Assembly (NCBI GenBank): GCA_963823495.1
Contig: CAWGLV010000001.1
Span: forward strand, 3,372,561-3,436,560
Length of the DNA: 64,000 bases
From: an uncultured Microthrixaceae bacterium
GTDB lineage: Bacteria > Actinomycetota > Acidimicrobiia > Acidimicrobiales > DATDAH01
Direction: 5' to 3'
The notes under the pieces are model-generated. The model ran no database searches, was not told where the DNA came from, and saw only the letters and a list, made by a program, of their open reading frames with translations. Both the position numbers and the translations under genes were made by a program. Position 1 is the first letter of the stretch. Each line of letters opens with the position of its first letter. Shown piece by piece: positions 48,960 through 58,412 of the stretch.

Positions 48960-49035
48960 TGGCAGCCCCAACGGGGTTCGAACCCGTGTCTCCACCTTGA
49001 GAGGGTGGTGTCCTTGGCCACTAGACGATGGGGCC
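48960..49035 (-). tRNA. tRNA-Glu (CTC)
   Basis: GGCCCCATCGTCTAGTGG...CCACC-CTCTCAA-GGTGG...GGTTCGAACCC...GGGGCTGCCA, 76 nt with encoded CCA. Confidence 0.97.
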
Positions 49036-49069
49036 ATGTGGCGACAGCCCGGAGAGGCTATCGCCGGCG

Positions 49070-49141
49070 CTCGGGGGGAAGGACTCGAACCCTCAACGAC
49101 TGGACCAGAACCAGCTGTGTTGCCAATTACACCACCCCCGA
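49070..49141 (-). tRNA. tRNA-Gln (CTG)
   Basis: TCGGGGGTGGTGTAATTGGCAACA...GCTGG-TTCTGGT-CCAGT...GGTTCGAGTCC...CCCCGAG; CCA not encoded. Confidence 0.95.
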
Positions 49142-49183
49142 TCGGTGGGACCGTCGAGGGTAGCGGCTCCGTCCGGCGGGCCG

Positions 49184-49834
49184 TCAGGGGTTGGGGTTGT
49201 TGACCGTGTCGTCCAGGTTCATCAGGCGGCGATAGCCGATCAGCCGGCCCACCGAGACCGCGGCGGTCTCCCGCACCATCGCCCGCAACTCGGCTGCACC
49301 GGTGACGGGGCTGTCCTGGGTCGGCGAGACGAAGGCCTCGAGGCCCACCTCGCTGGCGATCTCCTCGAGCCGCTTGGAATGGAACGGGTCCGAGACGATC
49401 ATGACGTCGTCGATGCCGTCGTCCTCGAGGAAGCGGGCGCTGGCGGCCAGCGACTCCCAGGAGTTGCGGCCCTGGACCTCCAGGCGGAGCGCTTCCTCGG
49501 GCACGCCTCTGCCCCGCAGCCAGCGGGCTCCGGCCTGCGCCTCGCTGAACTCGTCACCCTCCTGACGGCCGCCGGTCACCACGACGACGTCGGAGAGGCC
49601 CTGCTCGTAGAGCGCCCGGCCGTGCTCGAGGCGGGCCTCGAAGACCGGGGACGGCTCGCCGTTGTACTGGGCCGCGCCCATCACCACGATGGCCCCGGCC
49701 TCCTGGGCCTGATCGTCGCGGGAGGCCTGCCACACCTGGATGAACGTGCCCCCGACATAGAGGGCGAGGAACACGACGACGCCGAGCGCGATCTTCCAGC
49801 CGAGTCGGAACCAACGGGGTCCGAGGCCGAGCAC
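49184..49834 (-). CDS. YdcF/DUF218 family protein
   Basis: AIVVMGAAQYNGEPSPV, TGG, SEA, VSDPFH, RE motifs. Confidence 0.88.
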   Translation of the reverse strand: MLGLGPRWFRLGWKIALGVVVFLALYVGGTFIQVWQASRDDQAQEAGAIVVMGAAQYNGEPSPVFEARLEHGRALYEQGLSDVVVVTGGRQEGDEFSEAQAGARWLRGRGVPEEALRLEVQGRNSWESLAASARFLEDDGIDDVMIVSDPFHSKRLEEIASEVGLEAFVSPTQDSPVTGAAELRAMVRETAAVSVGRLIGYRRLMNLDDTVNNPNP

Positions 49835-49835
49835 C

Positions 49836-51188
49836 TCAGAGCCTCGCTCGCGCCGCCCGCAGTCGCCGCAGCGTTTCGTCGCGGCCCAACAGGACCAGCC
49901 CCTCGAACAGGGGTGGGCCGACCGTCCGGCCGGTGACCGCCACCCGAACCGGGGCCTGGGCCTTGCCCAGCTTCAGCTCGAACGGGTCCTCGCCGAGGAG
50001 CCGCAGGGTCTCCTTGAGGGTCTCGGCGTCCCAGTCGGCGGCCTCGTAGGCGTCGATGACTGCGTCGAGCAGGTCGGCGGCCGGGACCTGGCCCGCCATC
50101 GCCTTCGCCCAGGAATCGGGGTCGACGGGCGGGTCGGCCAGGAACAGCCAGTCGACCTGGTCAGGGATGTCGGCGAGGAGCTTGAGCCGCTCCTGCACCA
50201 ACGGGGCGATCGCTCGCCACGCGTCGGGATCGAAGCGGTCGGCGGGCCAGGGCACGTCCTCACCGGTGACCCACGGCTCGGCCGCGACGAGGAACTCGTC
50301 GGTGGACAGGCGGCGGATCCACTCGCCGTTGACGTGCTCCAGCTTCTTCAGGTCGAAGAAGGCGGCGCCCTTGACCACGTCCTCGATGCGGAACAGGTCG
50401 ACGATCTCGGCCATCGGCCGGACCTCGATGCCGTCGGGCGGACCCCAGCCGAGCAGGGCGAGGTAGTTCGCCATGGCCTGGGGCAGGTAGCCCTTCGCCG
50501 GGTAGTCGCCGACGGACACGTCGTCCTTGCGCTTGGAGAGCTTCTGTCGCGCCTCGTTCACCAGCAGCGGCAGGTGGGCGTAGAGCGGGTCGTAGTCCAT
50601 CCCCAGGAGGCGGCGGATGAGGATGACCCGGGGCGTCGAGCTGAGGAGGTCCTCTCCCCGCACGATGTGGGTGATGCCCAGGTCGGGGTCGTCCACGGCG
50701 TTCGCCAGCAGGAAGCCCGGGGTGTCGTTGCGTCCCCGCCAGATGACGAAGTCCTCGATGTCGGCATAGTCGAAGGTGACCTCGCCCCGGATGAGGTCCC
50801 GGATCTCCGCCGTCCCCTCCGGCACCCTGACCGCCACGCCGAGTCCCGGCTGCAGGCTCGAGCCGGGCATCTCGTTCTTGTCGTCGTCGATCAGGTACGC
50901 GCTGCCGTCGGCCAGGAGCTTCTCGCACGCCGTGCGGTAGAGGTCGCGCCGGTCGGACTGGAAGATCGGGCCCTCGTCCCAGTCGATGCCGAGCCACTCG
51001 AGGGACTCGAGGATGGCCGAGATCAGCTCGGGTCGGCTGCGCTCCTGGTCGGTGTCCTCGATGCGCAGGACCAGGGTGCCGCCCTGCTGGCGGGCGACGA
51101 GCCAGTTGAACAGCGCCGACCGGGCCCCGCCGACGTGCAGGTACCCCGTCGGGGCGGGCGCGAAGCGGACGCGGGGGCCTGATGTCAC
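49836..51188 (-). CDS. gltX: Glutamate--tRNA ligase
   Basis: RVRFAPAPTGYLHVGG (HIGH), RIEDTD, RGED, KLSKR (KMSKS), anticodon domain; adjacent Gln/Glu tRNAs. Confidence 0.93.
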   Translation of the reverse strand: MTSGPRVRFAPAPTGYLHVGGARSALFNWLVARQQGGTLVLRIEDTDQERSRPELISAILESLEWLGIDWDEGPIFQSDRRDLYRTACEKLLADGSAYLIDDDKNEMPGSSLQPGLGVAVRVPEGTAEIRDLIRGEVTFDYADIEDFVIWRGRNDTPGFLLANAVDDPDLGITHIVRGEDLLSSTPRVILIRRLLGMDYDPLYAHLPLLVNEARQKLSKRKDDVSVGDYPAKGYLPQAMANYLALLGWGPPDGIEVRPMAEIVDLFRIEDVVKGAAFFDLKKLEHVNGEWIRRLSTDEFLVAAEPWVTGEDVPWPADRFDPDAWRAIAPLVQERLKLLADIPDQVDWLFLADPPVDPDSWAKAMAGQVPAADLLDAVIDAYEAADWDAETLKETLRLLGEDPFELKLGKAQAPVRVAVTGRTVGPPLFEGLVLLGRDETLRRLRAARARL

Positions 51189-51249
51189 CCCACCGAGGGT
51201 ACCGGCGCCCTTCCCGCCGCTCCCCTCAGACCCGGGGCGTCGAACCCCG

Positions 51250-52041
51250 CTACCAGGGCATGGCCACGCCGCCGTTGGGGCGGAGGATCTGGCCGGTCAT
51301 GAACTTGCTGGCGGCGGAGGCGAGGTACAGCACCGCGTACGCGATGTCGTCGGGCTCGCCGACCGTGCGCAAGGGGGTCCCCCGCGCCATGCGGGCGGTG
51401 ACCGCGGCCTTCGCCTCGTCGTCCTCGGTGCCGTCGTCGGCGACCCAGGCCCGGTTCGTCATGCCGGTCACGATGTAGCCGGGGGCGACGGCGTTGACCC
51501 GCACGCCGCTCGGGCCGATCTCGGTGGCCAGGACCTTGGTGAGCTGGACGAGGGCCGCCTTCGCCATGCCGTAGCTGACCAGGCCCGGAGCCGGTCGGTC
51601 GATGGCGGCGGAGGCCATGTTCACGATGCTGCCCGAGCCCTGCTCGACCATCACCCGGCCGGCGGACTGGCAGCCGAAGAACACGCCCTTGAGGTTGACG
51701 TCGAGCACCCGGTCCAGGTCGGCCTCGTCGGTCTCGAGGACCGGGGAGGTGTGGATGATCCCGGCCACGTTGGCCATGACGTCGAGGCGGCCGTAGCGGT
51801 CGACGGCCACGTGGACGAGGGCCTCGACCTGCTCGCGATCGGTCACGTCGAGGCCGATGACATCAGCCCGACCACCGGCCCCGCTGATGTGCTCGGCGGT
51901 GATGGCGGCGCCGTCCTCGTCACGGTCGGCGCAGACGACGGTGGCGCCGGCCTCCGCCATGCGTTCGGCGGAGGCCCGGCCGATGCCACTGGCCGCTCCC
52001 GTGACGATGGCGACCCGGTCGGTGAGATCGAAGGCGTTCAC
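51250..52041 (-). CDS. SDR family oxidoreductase
   Basis: TGAASGIG, NVAG, YGMAK, RVNAVAPG. Confidence 0.92.
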   Translation of the reverse strand: MNAFDLTDRVAIVTGAASGIGRASAERMAEAGATVVCADRDEDGAAITAEHISGAGGRADVIGLDVTDREQVEALVHVAVDRYGRLDVMANVAGIIHTSPVLETDEADLDRVLDVNLKGVFFGCQSAGRVMVEQGSGSIVNMASAAIDRPAPGLVSYGMAKAALVQLTKVLATEIGPSGVRVNAVAPGYIVTGMTNRAWVADDGTEDDEAKAAVTARMARGTPLRTVGEPDDIAYAVLYLASAASKFMTGQILRPNGGVAMPW

Positions 52042-52076
52042 ACCGGCGGACCGTAGTCACCTCCGCCGAGCCACCG

Positions 52077-52126
52077 CTTCGGGCCACGGAAGATGCCGCC
52101 CCACGCGCATCAACCGTCACCAGAAC
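52077..52126. repeat. 50-bp hairpin element
   Basis: CTTCGGGCCACGG...CCCCACGCGCA...CCGTCACCAGAAC, same subtype as 6579. Confidence 0.7.
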
Positions 52127-52132
52127 CGGGGG

Positions 52133-53281
52133 TCAGCCGGTCAGGCGGGAGAGGGCGGTGAGGCCGTCGTGGACGTCGGTGAAGCGCGTGGTGAGCGGGG
52201 CACAGCCGAGGCGGACGAGGTCGGGTTCGCGGAAGTCGGTGATCACGTTCTCGGCCATCAGGGCGTCGACCAGCCGGCGGGCCTCGGGGTGACGGACCGA
52301 GAGGTGCCCGCCCCGCCGGACCGCGTCCCGCGGCGTCGGCGAACCCAGGCCGTACTGGTCGCACAGGTCGAGACCCAGTCCGGTGAGAGCCGACGCCTTG
52401 GCCCGGATGGCACCGATGCCGGCCTCGGCGACGACCTCGGCGGCGGCCTTGGCCGCCGCGCTGCCGGCGATGCCGGGAGTGCCGATGAGGAGGCGACCGA
52501 TGTCGGGACGGGGCCGGTAGGTCCCGGGCATGACGAACTGGTCGTCCCGACCGAACCAGCCCCAGATGGGCTGATCGATGCGGGGTTGCAGTTCCCGGGC
52601 CACGTAGGAGAACCCGGGTCCGCCGGGACCCGAGCCCAGGAACTTGTACGTGCACCCGACGGCCAGTTCGACGCCGTCACCGTGCAGATCCAGGTCGAGG
52701 ACCCCCACCGCGTGGGAGAGGTCCCAGATCACCAAGGCTCCGGCCGCGGCCGCCCGAGCGGTCTCGGCCGCCACGTCGACGAGCTCCGCCGTCCGATAGT
52801 CGACGACCGAGCGCACGACCACCGCCACATCGGTGAGGCGGTCGAACCCGGCCCACACCTCGAGACCCATCCGGTCGGCGATGCCGGCGACCACATAGAC
52901 GTCGGTCGGGAAGTCCGCCGGGTCCACCGCGATCACCCGACGGTCGGGCCGCAGGGCGAGGGCGGCGTGGACGAGCTGGTACAGGTTGACCGAGGTCGAG
53001 TCGTGGACGACCACCTCGTCGTCGCCGACCCCGAGCAGCGGGGCCAGCGCCGCCCCGGCCTCGAAGGGCAGGGCGACCCAGTGGTCCCACGAACGGATCA
53101 GCCCGACCGCCCAGTCGTCGGCTAACACGGCGTGGACCGCCTCGACGGCTCGCCGGGCGGGGCGACCCAGGGAGTTGCCGTCGAGATAGACCAGCGCCGG
53201 GTCCGGGATGACGAACTCCTCCCGCCAGGCCGCCAGAGGATCGGCGCCGTCGAGCGCGGCGGCGTCCTCGCGGGAGATCAC
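52133..53281 (-). CDS. kynU: Kynureninase
   Basis: YLDGNSLG, FPTDVY, WDLSHAVG, GCTYKFLGSGPG, GWF, RGGH. Confidence 0.88.
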   Translation of the reverse strand: MISREDAAALDGADPLAAWREEFVIPDPALVYLDGNSLGRPARRAVEAVHAVLADDWAVGLIRSWDHWVALPFEAGAALAPLLGVGDDEVVVHDSTSVNLYQLVHAALALRPDRRVIAVDPADFPTDVYVVAGIADRMGLEVWAGFDRLTDVAVVVRSVVDYRTAELVDVAAETARAAAAGALVIWDLSHAVGVLDLDLHGDGVELAVGCTYKFLGSGPGGPGFSYVARELQPRIDQPIWGWFGRDDQFVMPGTYRPRPDIGRLLIGTPGIAGSAAAKAAAEVVAEAGIGAIRAKASALTGLGLDLCDQYGLGSPTPRDAVRRGGHLSVRHPEARRLVDALMAENVITDFREPDLVRLGCAPLTTRFTDVHDGLTALSRLTG

Positions 53282-53406
53282 CGCGGGAGGCCGGGGACAG
53301 CCGCGAGCCGGACAGATCCGCGCGCTCGACGGCTCATCGGCCCAGTCTGACCTAACGTCGCCCCGGGCGGCGACCAACGCCCACGCGCTGGCTGAGGAGG
53401 CCCCCG

Positions 53407-55062
53407 ATGAAGGCATCCGATCTGCTCATCCGCTGCCTCGAGGCCGAGGGCATCCGCTACGTCTTCGGCGTCCCCGGCGAGGAGAACGCGGACGTGATGA
53501 TGTCGCTCGAAGGCGCCGACATCGACTTCGTCCTGTGCCGCCACGAGCAGGGGGCGGCGTTCATGGCCGAGGTCCACGGCCGCCTGACCGGCGAGCCCGC
53601 CGGCGCCCTGGGCACGCTCGGGCCCGGCGCCACGAACCTGCTCACCGGAGTGGCCGACGCCAACATGGACCGTTCGCCGATGATCGTCCTGACCGGTCAG
53701 GGGGCCACGACCCGGCTCCACAAGGAGTCCCACCAGGTCATGGACGTGGTCGCCATGTACGAGCCCATCACCAAGTGGGCCCACTCGGTGCGCCACGCCC
53801 GCAACCTCCCCGAGATCGTGCGCAAGGCCGTGCGCATCGCCAAGACCGAGAAGCCCGGGGCCTGCCTGATCGAGCTGCCCGAGGACATCGCCGAACACGA
53901 CGTCGACGCCGAGCCGATCGCGCCCCACCGGTTCCGTCGCCCGGTCGCCGACGACAAGATCGTCGACCAGGCGTGGGCCGCGATCCAGGCCGCCGAGCGC
54001 CCGATCATCCTCGCCGGCAACGGGACCATTCGCCGTCGGGCCTCGACCCAACTCCGCCTGTTCGTCGAACGCACGGGCATCGGCGTGGTCAGCACGTTCA
54101 TGGCCAAGGGCTGTGTGGACATGGACGACGAACGCTGTCTGTTCACGATCGGCCTGCAGGCCCGCGATCACCCGGTACGGGCGATCGAGCAGTCCGACCT
54201 CGTGATCACCCTGGGCTACGACATGGTCGAGTACCACCCGCGGCTGTGGAACCCCGAGGGCGACAAGACGATCGTCCACATGGACTTCCTGCCCGCCGAG
54301 GTCGACGAGCGCTACGGCGTCGACGTCGAGGTGGTGGGCGACCTGGCCCACACCCTCTGGATGCTCAACGAGCGGTGCTGGCGGGGCAGTGCCGAGGAGA
54401 CCCACTGGGACCACAGCCACACGCGGGCGGCCCGGGCGGCGATGCTGGCCGACTTCGCCTCCTACGCCGAGGACGACACCGAGGGCGTCATCAAGCCCCA
54501 GAAGGCGCTGTGGGATGCCCGCCAGGTGCTCGGGCCCGACGACGTCCTGCTCTCCGACGTCGGCGCCCACAAGATGTGGGTGGCCCGGTACTACCAGTGC
54601 CACGAGCCCAACACCTGCCTGATCCCCAACGGGTTCTGCTCGATGGGCTTCGCCCTGCCGGGGGCCATCGCCGCGTCGATGCTCTACCCGGACCGGCGCA
54701 TCCTGGCCGTCTGTGGCGACGGGGGCTTCCTGATGAACGTGCAGGAGATGGAGACCTGCACCCGCGTCGGGGCCCACCCCGTGGTGATGGTGTGGGAGGA
54801 CGGCGCCTACGGGCTGATCGCCTGGAAGCAGGAGAACGAGTTCGGCAAGCACACCGACCTGGCGTTCGGCAACCCCGACTGGATTCGGCTGGCCGAGGCC
54901 TTCGGCTGGCGGGGCGTTCGGGTCGAACGCTCGGCCGACCTGGCCGGCGCCCTCGAGGAGGGCTTCGCGTCCGGCCGACCCACCCTGGTCGCGGTTCCCG
55001 TCGACTACCGGGAGAACCTCCTGCTGACCGAACGCCTCGGCAAGATCGACGAGACCATCTGA
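53407..55062 (+). CDS. Acetolactate synthase large subunit-like ThDP enzyme
   Basis: FGVPGEEN, RHEQGAAFMA, TLGPGATN, SMGFALPGA, GDGGFLMN; no small subunit adjacent. Confidence 0.9.
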   Translation: MKASDLLIRCLEAEGIRYVFGVPGEENADVMMSLEGADIDFVLCRHEQGAAFMAEVHGRLTGEPAGALGTLGPGATNLLTGVADANMDRSPMIVLTGQGATTRLHKESHQVMDVVAMYEPITKWAHSVRHARNLPEIVRKAVRIAKTEKPGACLIELPEDIAEHDVDAEPIAPHRFRRPVADDKIVDQAWAAIQAAERPIILAGNGTIRRRASTQLRLFVERTGIGVVSTFMAKGCVDMDDERCLFTIGLQARDHPVRAIEQSDLVITLGYDMVEYHPRLWNPEGDKTIVHMDFLPAEVDERYGVDVEVVGDLAHTLWMLNERCWRGSAEETHWDHSHTRAARAAMLADFASYAEDDTEGVIKPQKALWDARQVLGPDDVLLSDVGAHKMWVARYYQCHEPNTCLIPNGFCSMGFALPGAIAASMLYPDRRILAVCGDGGFLMNVQEMETCTRVGAHPVVMVWEDGAYGLIAWKQENEFGKHTDLAFGNPDWIRLAEAFGWRGVRVERSADLAGALEEGFASGRPTLVAVPVDYRENLLLTERLGKIDETI

Positions 55063-55069
55063 CCGACTC

Positions 55070-55118
55070 GGAATTGCGTGAGTTGGTCACGTTGGGCGTG
55101 ACCAACTCACGCCAGAAC
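55070..55118. repeat. 49-bp palindromic element
   Basis: GGAATTGCGTGAGTTGGTCACGTT-G-GGCGTGACCAACTCACGCCAGAAC. Confidence 0.9.
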
Positions 55119-55125
55119 GAAACAG

Positions 55126-55692
55126 GACCCGGTCGCCGAGCCGGGGACGGCCACAGGCTCGCCGGGCAACTGGTGGACGGTGTTCGCCCAGTGCCCGGAC
55201 GCCTTCGACCACGCGTGTGGCGGCTTCGCCTTCTACCGGTCACCGGCCCGGGAGCTGGACCCGAGGCTGCGGGAGCTCGGCCAGATCCGCGCCGGGTGGG
55301 CGTGTGGGTCCCGGTTCGTCTTCAGCCAGCACTGCAAGGCGGCCCGGGATGCCGGGCTCACCGACGAACAGGTCGACGCCATCCCGCACTGGCAGGTGGC
55401 CGACTGCTTCTCCCCCCTGGAGCGGGCGGTGCTGGCCTACACCGACGCCCTCGCCCTCCAGCACGGCCGGGTCCCCGACGGCGTCCTCGACCTCCTGAAG
55501 GAGGAGCTGAGCGAGGTGGCCGTCCTCGAGCTGACCTACGTCACCGGCACCTACGTCATGCACACGATCACGACCCGGGCCCTCCGCCTCGAGTTCGACG
55601 ACGTCGACGACCCGTGCGTCGAGGTCCCCGACCCCGAGGGCAACACCGCCGGCTTCGACGTCATGGCCGTCACCGACGTCGACCCCGACTGA
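55126..55692 (+). pseudogene. Carboxymuconolactone decarboxylase/AhpD-like protein, probably 5'-truncated
   Basis: DPVAEPGTATGSPGNWWTVFA...LRELGQIRAGW...FVFSQHCK; in-frame TGA at 55099 lies within the hairpin and no start precedes the coding-like segment. Confidence 0.65.
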
Positions 55693-55705
55693 CCCGACCG
55701 ACCCG

Positions 55706-55825
55706 AGAACGGCGTGAGTTCCGGTCGCTCTACGACCTCGAGCGACGCCAGAAGGCCCTGGCGACCGGCACCCGTCGACTTTGCGTGAGTTCGGGTCGCT
55801 CTACGACCACAACTCACGCCAGTTC
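55706..55825. repeat. Pair of 49-bp hairpin elements (55706-55754, 55777-55825)
   Basis: Both GCGTGAGTTC(C/G)GGTCGCTCTACGACC...ACGCCAG. Confidence 0.8.
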
Positions 55826-55834
55826 ATCGGCGAA

Positions 55835-56632
55835 TCAGAAGTCCATGGGGTAGGGGAACTTGACGCTGACGCCGCCGTCGACGACCAGGGTCTGGCCGTT
55901 CACGTAGCCGGAGAGATCACTGACCATGAAGAGGAGGGCGGCGGCGATGTCCTCGGGGAGGGCGACGCGACGGAGGGGGGTGTTGAGCTCGTTGTTCTTG
56001 CGGCCCTCCTCGCCGACGTAGGCCGACACGCGGGGGGTCCAGACCATGCCGGGAGCGACGGCGTTGACCCGCACGCCCATCGGGCCGAGCTCGACGGCGG
56101 CGGTGCGCACGAGCGACATCAGGCCGGCCTTGAACACGCCGTAGGCGCCGTGGAGGGGCGCCGAGCTGATGCCGGAGACCGAGGCCACGAAGGCCATCAC
56201 GCCGCCACCGCTGTCGGCCATGGCCCTGCCCCCGAGGGTCACGGCGAGATGGGCGTGACGCAGGACGATGTCGTGGTGCCACTGCCAGTTCTCGTCGTCG
56301 ACCTCGAGCAGGCCCTGGTACTGGGCCATGCCGACGATGTCGACGATGCCGTCCAGGCCGCCGAGGTCCTCGTGGGCGGCGTCGAACATGGCCGTCGCTC
56401 CGGCCCGATCGGTGGCGTCGCCGGCCCAACCCACGCCGTCGACCTCGGTCGCGATGTCATCGGCCCGCTCCTGCTCCACGTCGACGCAGAGAACCCGAGC
56501 CCCCTGCTGGGCGAGGGCGTGGGTGGCCTGTCGACCGATGCCCTGGCCGGCTCCGATGACCACGAAGCGCTTGCCGTCCAGACGCAATCGGTCGGCGTAG
56601 TTCGGAACAGCGGAGTCGTCGGCACGCGTCAT
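55835..56632 (-). CDS. SDR family oxidoreductase
   Basis: GAGQGIG, YGVFK, RVNAVAPG, VVDGG. Confidence 0.9.
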   Translation of the reverse strand: MTRADDSAVPNYADRLRLDGKRFVVIGAGQGIGRQATHALAQQGARVLCVDVEQERADDIATEVDGVGWAGDATDRAGATAMFDAAHEDLGGLDGIVDIVGMAQYQGLLEVDDENWQWHHDIVLRHAHLAVTLGGRAMADSGGGVMAFVASVSGISSAPLHGAYGVFKAGLMSLVRTAAVELGPMGVRVNAVAPGMVWTPRVSAYVGEEGRKNNELNTPLRRVALPEDIAAALLFMVSDLSGYVNGQTLVVDGGVSVKFPYPMDF

Positions 56633-56790
56633 GGCCAGAGTCTGGCCCAGGCCGCGGACGCGACCGAATCGGCCGGCGCCGCCGCGCCCTCAGGCCCAGG
56701 AGTCGACGGCGGACCACGCCGAGGCCTCGGCCTGGACCCACCGGATCCATCCTGAACGGCCAGACTGGCGGCCGACCAGGGAGGAACCGC

Positions 56791-57579
56791 GTGCGACTGG
56801 CCGACAAGGTGGCGCTCATCACGGGCGGCGGGACCGGCATCGGCGCCGCCACGGCTCGGCGCTTCGCCATGGAGGGAGCGAGGGTCGTCCTCACCGGCCG
56901 GCGGCGGGAGCCCATCGAGGCCGTGGCCCAGGAGACCCTCGGCGTGGCCGTCGCCGGCGACACGACCGACCCGGCGCACGCCGCGGCGGCCGTCGCCACC
57001 GCCATCGACACCTTCGGCGGGCTGGATGTGGTCGTGGCCGGGGCCGGCATCGACCTCGGGGGTCCGGCCGGGGACGTCGACGACGACGCCTGGCGACGGA
57101 CCCTCGAGGTCAACCTCACCGGTCCGCTGGTGGTCGTCCGAGCCGCGCTACCCGCACTGCTCGAGCGGGGCGGCGGCTCGATCATCCTCGTCTCGAGTGT
57201 CAACGGCCTGGCATCGGCCCCCCGCTCGGCGGCCTACGACGCGTCGAAGGCCGGCCTCATCGGCCTGACCCGCTCGCTGGCCGTCGACTACGGCCCCCGG
57301 GGCATCCGGGCCAACGCCGTCTGCCCCGGCTGGGTGGTCACTCCGATGGCCGACGAGGACATGGACGGCCTGGCCGCTGCGGCCAGGATCACCCGCGATG
57401 ACGCGTACGCCCGAGCCACGGCCCAGGTCCCCCTGCGCCGAGCGGCGACGGCGGAGGAGATCGCGGCCTGCTGTCTCTTCCTGGCCTCCGATGACGCCGC
57501 CATCGTCACCGGAACGGCGCTCGTGGCCGACGGCGGCGGCCTGGCCGTCGAACCCGCCAGCACCGCCTTCGACCCGTGA
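56791..57579 (+). CDS. SDR family oxidoreductase
   Basis: TGGGTGIG, YDASK, RANAVCPG. Confidence 0.92.
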   Translation: MRLADKVALITGGGTGIGAATARRFAMEGARVVLTGRRREPIEAVAQETLGVAVAGDTTDPAHAAAAVATAIDTFGGLDVVVAGAGIDLGGPAGDVDDDAWRRTLEVNLTGPLVVVRAALPALLERGGGSIILVSSVNGLASAPRSAAYDASKAGLIGLTRSLAVDYGPRGIRANAVCPGWVVTPMADEDMDGLAAAARITRDDAYARATAQVPLRRAATAEEIAACCLFLASDDAAIVTGTALVADGGGLAVEPASTAFDP

Positions 57580-57628
57580 CCCACGACATCCTCCCGTCAG
57601 GGGTCGGGCCGTGGAGCTCCGGGCCGGC

Positions 57629-58297
57629 ATGACCGTCGAGTCGGACCGGCGGCTGGCGGTGCTGGCGGTCGCCCTCGAGGCCCGCGCCGACGCCGAGCGG
57701 GCACCGGCGATGGCCGCGTACATGAAGGGGCAGTTCGCGTTCCTGGGGATCCGGGCCCCCGATCGCCGTGAGGCTCAACGGGAGGCACTCGGCGACTGGA
57801 GAGCACCGTCACCCGATGACCTGGACGCGTTCGCCCGATCCTGTTGGGCCCGTGACGAACGGGAGTTCCAGTACGCCGCGTGCGACACCCTGGTCCGGCA
57901 CGTGAAGCACCTCGGGCCCGACGTGCTCGACCTCTGCGAGGTGCTGATCACGACCAAGTCATGGTGGGACACCGTCGACATCCTGGCCAGCCGGGTCGTC
58001 GGGCCCCACGCCGAACGGTCGCAGATCGAGCAGTGGCTGGTGTCCGGTGACCTGTGGTTGGAACGAACGGCGATCCTGCACCAGCTCGCCTACCAGGACC
58101 GCACCGACGCCGACTTCCTGTTCCGGGCCTGCCTGACCCACGCGGGATCGACCGAGTTCTTCCACCGCAAGGCCATCGGATGGGCCCTGCGCCAGTACGC
58201 CCGGGTGGACCCCGACGGGGTGCGGGCCTTCGTGGCCGACCACGCCGGGGAGTTGTCCGGCCTCTCGAGGCGCGAGGCCCTCAAGAACCTGAGCTGA
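57629..58297 (+). CDS. DNA alkylation repair protein (AlkD-like)
   Basis: MAAYMK..F.FLGI, REFQY, KSWWDTVD, EFFHRKAIGWALR. Confidence 0.88.
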   Translation: MTVESDRRLAVLAVALEARADAERAPAMAAYMKGQFAFLGIRAPDRREAQREALGDWRAPSPDDLDAFARSCWARDEREFQYAACDTLVRHVKHLGPDVLDLCEVLITTKSWWDTVDILASRVVGPHAERSQIEQWLVSGDLWLERTAILHQLAYQDRTDADFLFRACLTHAGSTEFFHRKAIGWALRQYARVDPDGVRAFVADHAGELSGLSRREALKNLS

Positions 58298-58412
58298 GGG
58301 GCTCCTCCTCCTCGGTCACCTTCGTGAGGGCCACGCCGGCGGCCATGACCGTGCCGTAGACGGTGATCGCGAACACCACCGTTCCGATGATGAACAGGGT
58401 GAGCTCACTCAT
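58281..58412 (-). CDS. Small single-TM protein (43 aa)
   Basis: MSELTLFIIGTVVFAITVYGTVMAAGVALTK...; ATGA overlap with the upstream small gene and GAGG RBS; below the ORF-track cut-off. Confidence 0.6.
   Translation of the reverse strand: MSELTLFIIGTVVFAITVYGTVMAAGVALTKVTEEEEPLSSGS

Larger units (their letters stand above)
44424..49007. mobile_element. Integrase-less genomic island at tRNA-Glu
   Basis: 48-bp exact duplication of the tRNA 3' half (44424-44471 = 48960-49007); paired TGTGGGA repeats inside both ends; phage-like and nuclease cargo. Confidence 0.85.
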
